A stretch of 60,723 nucleotides of DNA, taken from NCBI GenBank assembly GCA_003171035.1, contig PMXR01000052.1, forward strand, positions 1-60,723, in the 5' to 3' direction. Position numbers and translations under genes: made by a program. Below the pieces are notes generated by a model. It saw only the letters and a program-made list of their open reading frames with translations, did not search any database and was not told the DNA's origin. Position 1 is the stretch's first letter. Every line of letters begins with the position of its first letter. Origin of the DNA: Chloroflexota bacterium (GTDB lineage Bacteria; Chloroflexota; Limnocylindria; Limnocylindrales; CSP1-4). Of the stretch, positions 39,530 through 51,059 are shown piece by piece.

Positions 39530-40462
39530 CTACCAGTAGCAGCCCTGCTCCACCATCTGCGCTCCAACCGGAGTCTCCTCCGGGAGTGGTCTCACCCAGT
39601 GCTCGTTGATCATCGCGCCCAGGGAGTCCTTGTATTCAGTCTCCCAGCGCCGGCCTTTGATGCCGAACAAGACCTGCGTGACGCCGCCCATATGGATAGC
39701 GTGCTTACCGAGTCCCTTCACGAAGGCGCCGAGCGGAAGACCGTATGCCCCGGCACCTATCAACGCGACGTCGAATTGCTCGGCCCTGATGCGCTCTTGC
39801 ATGTCGTTCAGCGCATCGAACCAGCTTCGGAAGCCTCCGTCATTACCGCCAATCGATTGAACCGCGCGCAGGGTCTTCAGCTCGAATTCCGGCAGGACGG
39901 CCGGGTTCGCGAACAGTTCCCGCCGGTGCAGTCGGTACTGGGATTCGATGGAGCGGTCGAAGGGATGAACCACCAGAACCACCTTGCCCGCCAACGCCGC
40001 ACTCCACGGCTCGCGGTAGGGCATCGCCTCGAGGCAGCCCAGTTCCACGAGGTCAGCCGAAGGACAGTACCGCTGGATGATCCGGTGCTCGTTGCGGTTG
40101 AACCAGATCGCCATGACGTCCGTCTGGGATACGGCGTCGAGGAACTCGGACGAGAATCGATCGAGAGCGCGTCCTGTGACGGGAAAGAAACCGGCGTTGA
40201 GACGCATCTGCGACTGCACCGATGCCGGGTAGGAGAAGCCAAGCTTGCGTAGCCACCGGGCTCGGGTGGAGAAGGTGAGGCACCGCATTTCGGCCGCGCC
40301 GAGGCGGGCCACCAGGCTTGGCTCCGGGCGCCGAAGCGTGTCTCCTATCAGCGCATTGCCGGCCTCGCCGAAAACGATCGACCGTCCGTAGTCCGACTTC
40401 TCGGGCTTGGCTCCCATCAGAAACGGGTCCATGCGGGAATAGAGGCCGGAGAGTCGGGGCAT
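39530..40462 (-). CDS. hypothetical protein, possible GT-D (DUF1792-like) glycosyltransferase
   Basis: Clean 310-aa ORF. SLVARLGAAEMRCL resembles the R-x-GDGE block of DUF1792. DVALIGAGAYGLPLGAFVKGLGKHAIHMGG resembles its C-terminal Rossmann block. This rests on weak recollection only. Confidence 0.45.
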   Translation of the reverse strand: MPRLSGLYSRMDPFLMGAKPEKSDYGRSIVFGEAGNALIGDTLRRPEPSLVARLGAAEMRCLTFSTRARWLRKLGFSYPASVQSQMRLNAGFFPVTGRALDRFSSEFLDAVSQTDVMAIWFNRNEHRIIQRYCPSADLVELGCLEAMPYREPWSAALAGKVVLVVHPFDRSIESQYRLHRRELFANPAVLPEFELKTLRAVQSIGGNDGGFRSWFDALNDMQERIRAEQFDVALIGAGAYGLPLGAFVKGLGKHAIHMGGVTQVLFGIKGRRWETEYKDSLGAMINEHWVRPLPEETPVGAQMVEQGCYW

Positions 40463-40502
40463 CGAGCGAGTCTAGCAGAGGGCCTCGAGACGCTGGCCAG
40501 AC

Positions 40503-41267
40503 TTATCCAGCAGCGATCGCCAGCACATTCCAAGACTCCGCCGATGGTGGATTCTCGACGTCCGGGAACGCCGCGAGGCTCTGCAGGGTTAGGCCTGCTT
40601 CGGTCAGGAACCCGCCCAGCTCCTCTTCGAAGAAGTAGCGCATTCGATGCGTTTCCGAACTGTGCGCATCCGGCTTGCCGTCCTGACGCCGGGTGAGCTC
40701 GTACTTGACGGAACAGACGTGACCGCCTGGCTCGAGCGTTCCGACCGCCTTGCGCTCTATTTCGCCGTCCTCGACCGGCACGACCTTGACCCGCGCCGAT
40801 GGACCCACGGCGACTACCGCCGGGCCATACCACACGTCGAAGATGAAGACGCCTCCCGGCTCGAGATGCTGCCGGACGTTGCCGAGCGTGGACCGAACAG
40901 CGGCGTCGCTGATCTGATAGCCAACGACGGCGAACATCGACAGCACGGCATCGAACCGCCGCCCGATCTGGACATTCTGCACATCGCCGAGGACGAAGGT
41001 CGTGCCGCTTACGCCCGCGGCGGCAGCCCGTCGACGCGCGCGTTCGAGCATTCCTCCGGACAGGTCGACCCCAACGACCTCGTAGCCTCTGCGAGCGAGT
41101 TCGACTGAGTGGCGGCCCGTTCCACAGCCGAGGTCGAGAACGCTCCGTACCGGGTGGCCGAGGTCCTTGAAGATACCTTCAACCAGGTCGCACTCGGCGC
41201 CGTAGTCCTTGTCCGCGTAGAAAGCGTCGTAGGAGTCGGAGTAGTCGGGACCGAAGACTCCGGTCAT
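40503..41267 (-). CDS. class I SAM-dependent methyltransferase
   Basis: Contains VLDLGCGTGRHSVELARRGYEVVGVDLS (motif I plus the acidic post-I residue). Confidence 0.85.
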   Translation of the reverse strand: MTGVFGPDYSDSYDAFYADKDYGAECDLVEGIFKDLGHPVRSVLDLGCGTGRHSVELARRGYEVVGVDLSGGMLERARRRAAAAGVSGTTFVLGDVQNVQIGRRFDAVLSMFAVVGYQISDAAVRSTLGNVRQHLEPGGVFIFDVWYGPAVVAVGPSARVKVVPVEDGEIERKAVGTLEPGGHVCSVKYELTRRQDGKPDAHSSETHRMRYFFEEELGGFLTEAGLTLQSLAAFPDVENPPSAESWNVLAIAAG

Positions 41268-42394
41268 GCCAGGACCTGCTTCACGGCTGCAATCACTGTC
41301 TCTTGTTGCTCCTCAGTTAGTCCAACGCCGGACGGCAGGTACAGGCCCATGTCCGCCAGCTCTTCGGTTACGGGGTATGACTCGCCATCGAATAGACCGC
41401 GTCTTCGCAAGGCGGGCTGACGGTCCAGGCCCAGGAAGAAGGGGCGCGTTTCGACCCCGAGCGCCGCCAGGCGCTTGGCCAGGGATACCGCGTTATGGCC
41501 GCTTCCCTTTTCGAGCACCAGGCCGTTCATCCACCACACCGATCGCGCCCAGGGCCGCTCAACCTGCATACGGATGCCGGGAATCGAGGTCAGCGCCTCC
41601 AAATAGCGTGCGCCGACCCGGCGCTTCGTTTCGACGGTCTCGCCGATACGCTCGACCTGGGCCTTGCCGATCGCCGCCTGAACGTTCGTCAGCCTGAAGT
41701 TGAAGCCAAGCTCCTCGTGCAGGAACCGCTGACTGGGGATGAACGCCAGGTTGCGCAGCAGGCGCAGCCGCTCGGCGAGTGCGTCGTCATCCGTGACGAC
41801 CATGCCGCCCTCGCCGGTCGTGACCAGCTTGTTGGCGTAGAAGCTGAAGCAGCTGAGGTCGCCGAAACTGCCGCAACGCTGCCACTTCGGGTCCGTGTCG
41901 CGGTTCGACAGGTACTGGGCGCCGTGTGCCTCCGCCGCGTCCTCGATTATCGCCAGCCCATGCTTCTTGGCGAGCTCGAGCAGCGGATCCATGTCGACTG
42001 GGTGGCCGTAGATGTGGACCGGCATGATCGCCTTGGTTCGGGGCGTGATCTTGGCCGCCACCTGAGACACGTCCATGCACCACGTGGCCGGGTCGGCGTC
42101 AACGAGAACCGGCACGGCCCCCTGGTATACGACCGCCATCGCACAAGAGATGATCGTGAACGACGGCATGATGACTTCGTCGCCGGGACCAAGATTGAGC
42201 GCTGCAACTGCCAGTTGCAGGGCCACGGTTCCGTTGCACACGGCCACGCCGTGGCGCCTTCCGCAGTAGGAAGCCCAACTATCTTCGAACTCGGCGATGA
42301 AGTGCCCGGCCGAGGAGATCCAGCCGGTCTGCAGACACTCGGTTACGTACTCGAGTTCATGACCGTCCAGGCGCGGCTCATTGACTGGGATCAC
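41264..42394 (-). CDS. DegT-family aminotransferase, GDP-perosamine synthase-like
   Basis: Contains MIPVNEPRLDGHELEYVTECLQTGWISSAG, NGTVALQLA, GDEVIMPSFT, MPVHIYGHP and FSFYANKLVTTGEGG, which are collinear with Per/RfbE as I recall it. gmd is in the same locus. Confidence 0.75.
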   Translation of the reverse strand: MIPVNEPRLDGHELEYVTECLQTGWISSAGHFIAEFEDSWASYCGRRHGVAVCNGTVALQLAVAALNLGPGDEVIMPSFTIISCAMAVVYQGAVPVLVDADPATWCMDVSQVAAKITPRTKAIMPVHIYGHPVDMDPLLELAKKHGLAIIEDAAEAHGAQYLSNRDTDPKWQRCGSFGDLSCFSFYANKLVTTGEGGMVVTDDDALAERLRLLRNLAFIPSQRFLHEELGFNFRLTNVQAAIGKAQVERIGETVETKRRVGARYLEALTSIPGIRMQVERPWARSVWWMNGLVLEKGSGHNAVSLAKRLAALGVETRPFFLGLDRQPALRRRGLFDGESYPVTEELADMGLYLPSGVGLTEEQQETVIAAVKQVLA

Positions 42395-42864
42395 TGCGGC
42401 CTCGGTGCGCCGGTGGGATCGAACCGCTCCTTTTCGGCGGCGCCGCCGTAGGGACCTTGCTTCACCTCGAACAGCACGGTGTCTTCCAGCATGCGGAATC
42501 CGTGCCCGCCTCCGACTGAGACAACGAGATCACCCGTTGCCAGCTCGCGTGAAGCCACCAGGGCCTGGTTGTCACCGTAGATGTCCACGATGCAGCGGCC
42601 ACTTCTGACGACAAGCAGTTCGGAAGTCCCGACGATGGTTCGAACGACAGGCAGATGGATGTGGGGCACGACCGAGCCGCCGGCCGGATACACCACGAAT
42701 CCCGCCTGGAACGTCGCGTCGTCGCCGGTGAAGAATGAAGTCGTGGCGTCGGTCGCACCGGCTCGAACGATGTAAGCGATGGGCGTTTGACCCTGGCATA
42801 TGGACTCGATCGCGCTCATCGAGCCACGATCCTTGCCTTCAGCGATATCCATGTGCGGCATCAT
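42391..42864 (-). CDS. cupin-fold protein
   Basis: 157 aa, with VVYPAGGSVVPHIHLP...GGGHGF (cupin His motifs). Overlaps both neighbours. Confidence 0.55.
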   Translation of the reverse strand: MMPHMDIAEGKDRGSMSAIESICQGQTPIAYIVRAGATDATTSFFTGDDATFQAGFVVYPAGGSVVPHIHLPVVRTIVGTSELLVVRSGRCIVDIYGDNQALVASRELATGDLVVSVGGGHGFRMLEDTVLFEVKQGPYGGAAEKERFDPTGAPRPQ

Positions 42865-44225
42865 ATCCGCTCAGAGTCGGGAGCCCCGACCGCATCGGTC
42901 GGTCCGGGCGTGACCCCACGAACGCGGCGCCCGGCATCCTGGATGAGCTCGGCGAGCCGAGCGTTGTACTCGGTGCGCCCGTACAGTGCCAGGCGCCTGG
43001 ACCCTGCCTCGACGAGTCCTCTACGCAGCCGGTCGTCCGACCACAGCGAGTGGATTCCATCGGCGATGGCCTGTACTGAGGTGGGATCGACCAGGACTGC
43101 TGCATCGCCGCATTGCTCGCGGATTCCGCGCAGATCCGACGAAAGGACCGGTCGTCCCATGCCCCACGCCTCGAGGATGGGAATGTTGGTAGGCCCGAAG
43201 AAGGTTGGGAGCAGAACTCCGCGTGAGGCTGCGTACAAAGGCGCCATGAGGTCATCCTCGACGTAGCCGAGGATGTGGACGAGGTCCTCGATGCCTTCCG
43301 CGGCGGCCGTTCGGCGAACCTCATCCAGAACGGATGCCCTGATCGGATCGGAGGCGGACCCGCACATCACCACCTCCACGTCGACGGCTCGCTCCGCGCG
43401 AATCTTGGCCAGGGCCTGAACGACTCGCACGTGGTTCTTGTGAGGCCAGAATTGGGCCGGGAAGAAGAGGAATCGCTCGGGCAGATCGAGGCGCTCGCGC
43501 GCGACGGTAGCGCCCGAAGCGCTTGCGGTCGCGTCGAGATATGGGGCCGGAAGGAACGGAAGAACCCGTGTGCGCTCGGACGAGATCACGTCGCCGTAGA
43601 AGTTGAGGACGTCTTCACGCCCGACTTCGGAGTCGACGAGCACGGTCAGGGCATTTTCGATCCCGTTCCGGAACAGGTACTCGCGGGACTCCCATTCCCC
43701 ATTTGCGGACACTTCGGGGAACTCTGGATGGAGACGGTGCTGGAGGTCGTGAACGGCCATCACGTACGGCACGCCCGACTCGAACCCGATCGGCGATGGC
43801 GCCGGGAACACGAGGAAATCGACCCCAAACCTGCGGATCCACTGGCTCGCTGCGCCGGACAATGCCCGGACCTGATAGGTCTGGCTCGTGCCGGTCTGCC
43901 GCGTTGGCAGTGCGGCCCGAAGCCGCGCTGCGACCCGGCCCAGGGGACCGACGGCCGAGAGTCGCTTTGCGGTGGCCCTAAGTCTTCCACGCAGCCTCCA
44001 GCGAGCCGTTCGAGGCCAGAGAGAAGCTATCTGGTACCCCCGCGTCCGCCAGACTTCCGCGCGCGGCAGATATCGATTTTCCGCAAACAGAACCAACTCG
44101 GGCCGTGGCTGTATCTCGAGGAGCCCTTCGAGCATCGTGACGCTGTACTGGTATATGCCGCCGCTGGAGCCATCCAGTACGGGCACCACTCCAATACACA
44201 GCGGCCGATCGGACAGACTGCTCAC
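42861..44225 (-). CDS. glycosyltransferase family 4 (start uncertain)
   Basis: GTG 44225 was chosen so the gene does not overlap fcl; the ORF track starts at 44354. The C-terminal GT4 block is LLPTFFGPTNIPILEAWGMGRPVLSS. Confidence 0.75.
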   Translation of the reverse strand: MSSLSDRPLCIGVVPVLDGSSGGIYQYSVTMLEGLLEIQPRPELVLFAENRYLPRAEVWRTRGYQIASLWPRTARWRLRGRLRATAKRLSAVGPLGRVAARLRAALPTRQTGTSQTYQVRALSGAASQWIRRFGVDFLVFPAPSPIGFESGVPYVMAVHDLQHRLHPEFPEVSANGEWESREYLFRNGIENALTVLVDSEVGREDVLNFYGDVISSERTRVLPFLPAPYLDATASASGATVARERLDLPERFLFFPAQFWPHKNHVRVVQALAKIRAERAVDVEVVMCGSASDPIRASVLDEVRRTAAAEGIEDLVHILGYVEDDLMAPLYAASRGVLLPTFFGPTNIPILEAWGMGRPVLSSDLRGIREQCGDAAVLVDPTSVQAIADGIHSLWSDDRLRRGLVEAGSRRLALYGRTEYNARLAELIQDAGRRVRGVTPGPTDAVGAPDSERI

Positions 44226-44256
44226 GCCTCGATGGGACCCTGTAGTCGCGGCGCGG

Positions 44257-46122
<1,866 letters not shown>

Positions 46123-46210
46123 CCTGCGCCGCCTTTGGGCGCATACTTCGGCCTGAGCCGGCGGGCGGGATGCATCCTGCCGGGGCACCCGCGAGGAGGA
46201 TTGAGTCCCT

Positions 46211-46954
46211 GTGAGTTCGCCGACGGCTGTGATCCTGGCTGCCGGACTGGGCCGGCGGCTCGGCGAGTACACCGCCGCCCTGCCCAAGGCCCTGATCAAC
46301 CTTCACGGCAAGACGCTGCTGGAGCGGTCGCTCACGGCGCTCGCGGCGGCGGGATTCCAGCGCGCCTGCATCGTCACCGGCCACTGCGCGGTGAGCATCG
46401 ACGAGATTATCGGCGCGCGGAACTTCGGTCTGGAGGCCGTGACCAGGTTCAACCCGGACTACGCCACGGCCAACAACATCGTCTCGTTCCTGACGGTCGC
46501 CGACGTCGTGGAGCAGGGCTGCGTGCTGCTCAACTCCGACATCGTGTTCGACCCGTCGATCCTGGTCGACGTGGCGGCGGCTCAGACCGGAACCTGGCTC
46601 GTGGTCGACTCCGACGAGCCGCTCGGTCACGAGGAGATGAAGGTCACGGTCGACGGCGAGGGCCGGCTGACCCGCGTGAACAAGCAACTCGATCCGGCGC
46701 GGTCGGTGGGGGAGTACATAGGAATCACCCGCTTCGACGCCGCGGGCGGTCGCATCTGCCTCGACTCCGCGCGCCGGCTGGTCGACTCGGGCCAGGTGGA
46801 CCTCTACTACGAGCACGCCATCGATGCCGCGGCCGGCGATCTCGGCGCGCGCCTCATCCCGACGCGACGGCGCCTCTGGACCGAGATCGACGACGAACCC
46901 GACTACCAGCGCGGACTGCGCGAAGCGGCCCAGCTGGACGCGAAGGCACAGTGA
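46211..46954 (+). CDS. sugar/alcohol-phosphate nucleotidyltransferase (LicC-like)
   Basis: GTG start after GAGGAGG. Contains AVILAAGLGRRLGEYTAALPKALI (G-x-G-x-R-L nucleotidyltransferase loop). Confidence 0.8.
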   Translation: MSSPTAVILAAGLGRRLGEYTAALPKALINLHGKTLLERSLTALAAAGFQRACIVTGHCAVSIDEIIGARNFGLEAVTRFNPDYATANNIVSFLTVADVVEQGCVLLNSDIVFDPSILVDVAAAQTGTWLVVDSDEPLGHEEMKVTVDGEGRLTRVNKQLDPARSVGEYIGITRFDAAGGRICLDSARRLVDSGQVDLYYEHAIDAAAGDLGARLIPTRRRLWTEIDDEPDYQRGLREAAQLDAKAQ

Positions 46955-48006
46955 GCGTCGAGACCGCCGGCCACCGCTCGGTCCGCATCCCCCGCTTGAT
47001 GCGGTTGGTGGAGTCGCCGGCGCAGGCGGTCGACGAGCTGGCAGGGCTGGGCCGCGACTCGAGTTTCCTGATCGTCCACGCCGGACCGGCCTCGCCGACC
47101 GGCTACGGGGCGTCGCTCGCCAGAGTTGCCGTCGGGGCCGGCCTGAAGGTCTGCGAGGCCATCGCCGTCTCCAACACCGATGCCTGGGCACAGGCAGTGT
47201 CCGCCGCAATAGCGAAGCAGCGGCCCGAATACGTGGTCGGCGTGGGCGGCGGGCGAGTGGTCGACGTGGCCAAGGTGGCGGCTGCGCAGGCCGGTATCGA
47301 CTTCGTCAGCGTCCCGACCCAGGCGTCGAGCGACGGCATCTGCTCGCCCGTGGCGGTCATGGTCGACGAATCCGAGCATCCGCGATCGATCGCGGCCCGG
47401 ATCCCGGTGGCCGTGATCGTCGACATGGCGGTGATGTCGAGCGCGCCGGAGATTACCTGGAGGGCGGGGCTCGGCGACCTGGTGTCGAATCTGTCGGCGA
47501 TCAAGGATTGGCGCCGCGCCCACAAGCTGACCGGCGAGCCCTACGACGACTTCGCCTGTCTGGTCTCCGAAGCGGCGGCGCTGTCGGTCATCGACGACGG
47601 GGTCAGCCTTGCCGACCCGCTATTTCGCGAGAAGCTGGTGCGCGGCCTGATCCTGAGCGGCATCGCCATGGAGATGGCCGGTTCGTCGCGCCCGGCCAGC
47701 GGCGCCGAACACCTCATCAGCCACGCCCTGGACACGTTGCTCGATTCGCCCCGGCCGCACGGCCTGCAGGTCGCTTTCGGGACGATCGCCGCCGACCTGT
47801 TGCGCGGCGACGACCCGACCCGCCTCGTGGGCTATTTCCGGTCGGTAGGCCTGCCGGTATGCCCCGCGGACCTCGGCTTCGACATCGATACGCTGACCCT
47901 TGCCATCCGCCACGGCCCCGAACAGCGGCCCGGCCGGTCCACGATTCTGGACGAGGTTGGGGAGCCGCAGCTGGCGGCCCTGGCCGCTGCGTACGCCAGC
48001 TTGTAG
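46951..48006 (+). CDS. sn-glycerol-1-phosphate dehydrogenase family (AraM/EgsA-like, Fe/Zn-ADH superfamily)
   Basis: GTG 46951 overlaps the upstream stop (GTGA). Contains GVGGGRVVDVAK, VPTQASSDGICSP, GLGDLVSNLSAIKDWRRAHKLTGEPY and SSRPASGAEHLISH, which closely parallel my recalled B. subtilis AraM sequence. Confidence 0.8.
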   Translation: MSVETAGHRSVRIPRLMRLVESPAQAVDELAGLGRDSSFLIVHAGPASPTGYGASLARVAVGAGLKVCEAIAVSNTDAWAQAVSAAIAKQRPEYVVGVGGGRVVDVAKVAAAQAGIDFVSVPTQASSDGICSPVAVMVDESEHPRSIAARIPVAVIVDMAVMSSAPEITWRAGLGDLVSNLSAIKDWRRAHKLTGEPYDDFACLVSEAAALSVIDDGVSLADPLFREKLVRGLILSGIAMEMAGSSRPASGAEHLISHALDTLLDSPRPHGLQVAFGTIAADLLRGDDPTRLVGYFRSVGLPVCPADLGFDIDTLTLAIRHGPEQRPGRSTILDEVGEPQLAALAAAYASL

Positions 48007-48174
48007 CAGGGGTCACGGGTCCATCTGCGCGGTGCGCTAGTACCTTAGACAGGCTGCCCCACACACACCCACCACGCGTAGCATCGGGTCGCGTCGATTC
48101 AAGGCGCGCTAGCTTCGCCATGGTGAGGGCGGTCGTATATGGCCGCGGGCGAGAGCATCGAAGAGGCAGTCAAG

Positions 48175-50889
48175 ATGAATCTCCCGAAGATCTACCGCCG
48201 TTTCGCCGTCGCAATCATCGGCGTCCTCCTCGTCGGCCTTCTCCCGGCGTCTGCGTTGGCGACTGGGCCGGACACAATCGAAGTCCACATTGTTGGTCCG
48301 ACCATGGCCGGGCAGGCTCTCAGCGTCACGGTGACCGTTCGCGACGCTGAGGACATCCCGGACCCCGATTACTCTGGGACGATTCACTTCACGAGTTCGG
48401 ACCCGACGGCGAACGCAGACCTTACTTTGCCCGCGTTGCCAGGGGATGTGACGATCAGCGACGGCTCGGGCACTGCCGACGCCGGAACCATGACGTTCGA
48501 GAAGGTCGGCTCGCAAACGTTGACCGCCACCGACAGCATCAATGACCTGACCGGCACGTCACTGCCTGTCTCCGTTACCCCCGCCGCCGCGGATCACTTC
48601 GTGGTCAGCGCTCCGCCGACGGCCGTCGTGGGGACTGCCGCCCCGGTAACAGTCACCGCAACCGACTACTACGGCAACATCGACACCAACTACGCCGGCA
48701 CCGTCCACCTCACCAGCACGGGCCCCGGCGCCATTCTCGAAGACAACCATACGTTCACCAGCGGCGACTCGCTGGACAACGGCGTCTACACGTTCCTCAC
48801 GGGCGTCACCTTCGCCCACGTCGGAACCACACAGGTGGTCACTGCTACGGACGCCGACCATGCGCCTGTCACCGGCGCATCCGACGCAGTTACCGTCGGC
48901 CAGGCCACTCCGGACCTCGCGTTCACGAGCACGGCGCCCAGCTCTGCGGTCGTGGGCGACACCTACACCCCGACTGCCGCCTCTACCCCGGGCGATCCGG
49001 GAGAGATCACCGTCGCCCTGCATGCCCCATCGGCCGACTGCACCGAAGCGGGCGGAATAGTCACCTTCACCCATTTCGGCTCCTGCGTAATCGAGGCCGC
49101 CCAGACGGGCAACGATGACTGGGCCGCAGGCGCGGCCAGCCAGACGATCACCGTCGGCAAGGGCACGCCGACCCTGGCATTCGAGAGCACCGCTCCCGCC
49201 GGCGCCGTCGTGGACGGCCCCACGTACACCCCGACCTTCACCAAGACCACAGGCGACACCGGGCCTGTCACCGTCGTCTCCACCACCTCGAGCATCTGCT
49301 CGGTCGACGTCAACAACGCGGTGAGTTTCACCGCCTACGGCTCCTGCATCATCGACGCAACTCAGGCCTCCGACGACAACTGGATCACGTCCAACACCGT
49401 CAGCCAGACGATCCACGTTCTGGCCCACGGCTCAGCCACTCACTTCGTCGTCGCCGGCCCCGCGTCCGCGGCTCCGGAGACGGTTCAGAGCTACACCGTG
49501 ACGGCCACGGATAGCTTGGGACACACGGACGCCGGCTACACAGGAACCGTCAAGTTCACCAGCACCGACGGTGCGGCCACGCTGCCTGCCAACTCGACAC
49601 TCACCTCCGGCAGCAAGACGTTCAGCGTCACGCTTGTGACCGCCGGAACGCAGACCGTCACCGCCACCGACACGGTGCTGTCGTCGATCACTGGAACCTC
49701 AAACGGAGCGACCGTTACACGCGTTCTCAGCGAGTACCACCCGCAGTCCCCGCCCGTCCGGCTTCTCGATAGCCGTACCGGTAACGGTATGCCGCATGGC
49801 GCCGTGGCAAAGCTCAGGGCCGGATCGCCTGTAACCATCCAAATCGGTGGTCGCAATGGGGTCGGGCTCGGCGCCACGGCGGTGACTGTGAACGCTGCGA
49901 TCGTCTACCCGAGCGCGGCCGCATGGCTCTTCCTCGGTCCCAACCCTACGCCCAGCCCCACAACCTTCACCATCGCCTTCAACAAGATGGACATCACGAA
50001 CTACGGTGTGACCGTCGCTCTGAGTTCGACTGGAACCTTGAGCGCCACCTACATGGCCACATCGGGGACGACAGATCTCGTCCTGGACATCACGGGCTGG
50101 TTCGCGCCCGCTACCACCGCCGGCGGAGAGACCTACTTCCCGATTACGCCGTATCGAGCGCTCGACAGCCGGATCGGAAACGGAGTCTCCAAGACGAAGT
50201 TCAAGGCGAACGTCCCACGGTCGTTCCCGATTTGGAACCGAGGTGACGTGCCGACTACCGCCCGGGCGGTCACCGGCAACCTCACGGCAGTCAATGAGAA
50301 CTATCACGGAGCCGTCTTCCTGGGCCCCGGTGGCCCGTCCGGGCCCAGTGCCACTATCAATTTCGTGGCAGGTCAGATTCGAGGCAACAGCATTACCGTT
50401 GCACTCAGCTCCACGGGGTCGTTGACGGCGACGTTCGAGGCGAAGTCCGGCAAGTTGACGGACCTTGTCTTCGACGTGACCGGCTACTACACGACCTCCC
50501 AGTCGGGGTCCAAGTACGTGCCTCTAACCGCCGCTCCCATCCTTGACACCCGAAACGGCACCGGCGGCCTGCCGATTCAAAGGTTCGCGGCCAATGTCCC
50601 TCACACTTTCACCGCTCAGAACCAGGCCGGCGTCCCCATCGGGGCGACGGGCATCACCGCCGTTGTGGCGGTAGTCCATCAGAACGCCTCATTCGCGCTC
50701 GCCGTAGGCCCCGTCGCCTCAGCGCTAACGGCGACATCGTCGCTCAACTTCATCAGTACTGACAATTGCTCAAACGGGGCGACAGTTGCCCTGAGTAACA
50801 CGGGAACGCTGAGCGCTATGTTCATGTCCCACGGGGGCACGACCGACGTTCTGATATACGTGACCGGCTATTTCATCAAGCAGCCATAG
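48175..50889 (+). CDS. secreted repeat protein 1: Ig-like repeats plus 3 C-terminal ~120-aa modules
   Basis: Signal peptide MNLPKIYRRFAVAIIGVLLVGLLPASALA. It has five Ig-like segments followed by three modules. No catalytic domain recognised. Confidence 0.8.
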   Translation: MNLPKIYRRFAVAIIGVLLVGLLPASALATGPDTIEVHIVGPTMAGQALSVTVTVRDAEDIPDPDYSGTIHFTSSDPTANADLTLPALPGDVTISDGSGTADAGTMTFEKVGSQTLTATDSINDLTGTSLPVSVTPAAADHFVVSAPPTAVVGTAAPVTVTATDYYGNIDTNYAGTVHLTSTGPGAILEDNHTFTSGDSLDNGVYTFLTGVTFAHVGTTQVVTATDADHAPVTGASDAVTVGQATPDLAFTSTAPSSAVVGDTYTPTAASTPGDPGEITVALHAPSADCTEAGGIVTFTHFGSCVIEAAQTGNDDWAAGAASQTITVGKGTPTLAFESTAPAGAVVDGPTYTPTFTKTTGDTGPVTVVSTTSSICSVDVNNAVSFTAYGSCIIDATQASDDNWITSNTVSQTIHVLAHGSATHFVVAGPASAAPETVQSYTVTATDSLGHTDAGYTGTVKFTSTDGAATLPANSTLTSGSKTFSVTLVTAGTQTVTATDTVLSSITGTSNGATVTRVLSEYHPQSPPVRLLDSRTGNGMPHGAVAKLRAGSPVTIQIGGRNGVGLGATAVTVNAAIVYPSAAAWLFLGPNPTPSPTTFTIAFNKMDITNYGVTVALSSTGTLSATYMATSGTTDLVLDITGWFAPATTAGGETYFPITPYRALDSRIGNGVSKTKFKANVPRSFPIWNRGDVPTTARAVTGNLTAVNENYHGAVFLGPGGPSGPSATINFVAGQIRGNSITVALSSTGSLTATFEAKSGKLTDLVFDVTGYYTTSQSGSKYVPLTAAPILDTRNGTGGLPIQRFAANVPHTFTAQNQAGVPIGATGITAVVAVVHQNASFALAVGPVASALTATSSLNFISTDNCSNGATVALSNTGTLSAMFMSHGGTTDVLIYVTGYFIKQP
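48262..49734 (+). repeat. protein-level Ig-like repeats arranged A-A-B-B-A
   Basis: The three A units start at about 48262, 48592 and 49435 and share HFVV..P....G....VTVTATD..G..D..Y.GTV.FTS and ..TQ.VTATD. The two B units start at about 48907 and 49165 and share TP.LAF.STAP..AVV...YTPT and a paired Cys with GSC.I.A.Q..DDNW. Confidence 0.7.
49735..50886 (+). repeat. three tandem copies of the ~120-aa module (protein 1)
   Basis: Approximate copies are 49735-50109, 50134-50493 and 50515-50886. Each opens Y-x-P-x-x-x-P-x-x-L-D-[ST]-R and closes [DY]-[IV]-T-G-[YW]-[FY]. Copies 1 and 3 are the most diverged of the twelve. Confidence 0.85.
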
Positions 50890-51059
50890 GCCGCCGCTCG
50901 GCTCATCGCATCGTGCCTTACACGCCAAGATAGACATACGGCACCGTTCCAATGCTAGGATTATCGGCGGGGTCGTGCCCGAACCCGCTGGTAATCAACG
51001 CGATTCGCGCGGAGTTGCCGATCATTGGCCTTTCGGGGCCGTCGATTGCCGTGCATCGG

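Noticed and set aside
48045-48084. Promoter-like TTAGAC ... TAGCAT upstream of the first module protein, and a shared TAGAC pentamer in the three upstream regions (about 48046, about 50931, about 55804)
   Set aside because: The hexamers are about 28 nt apart, which is wrong for a sigma-70-type promoter. A shared 5-mer in three regions of 170-270 nt is expected by chance.
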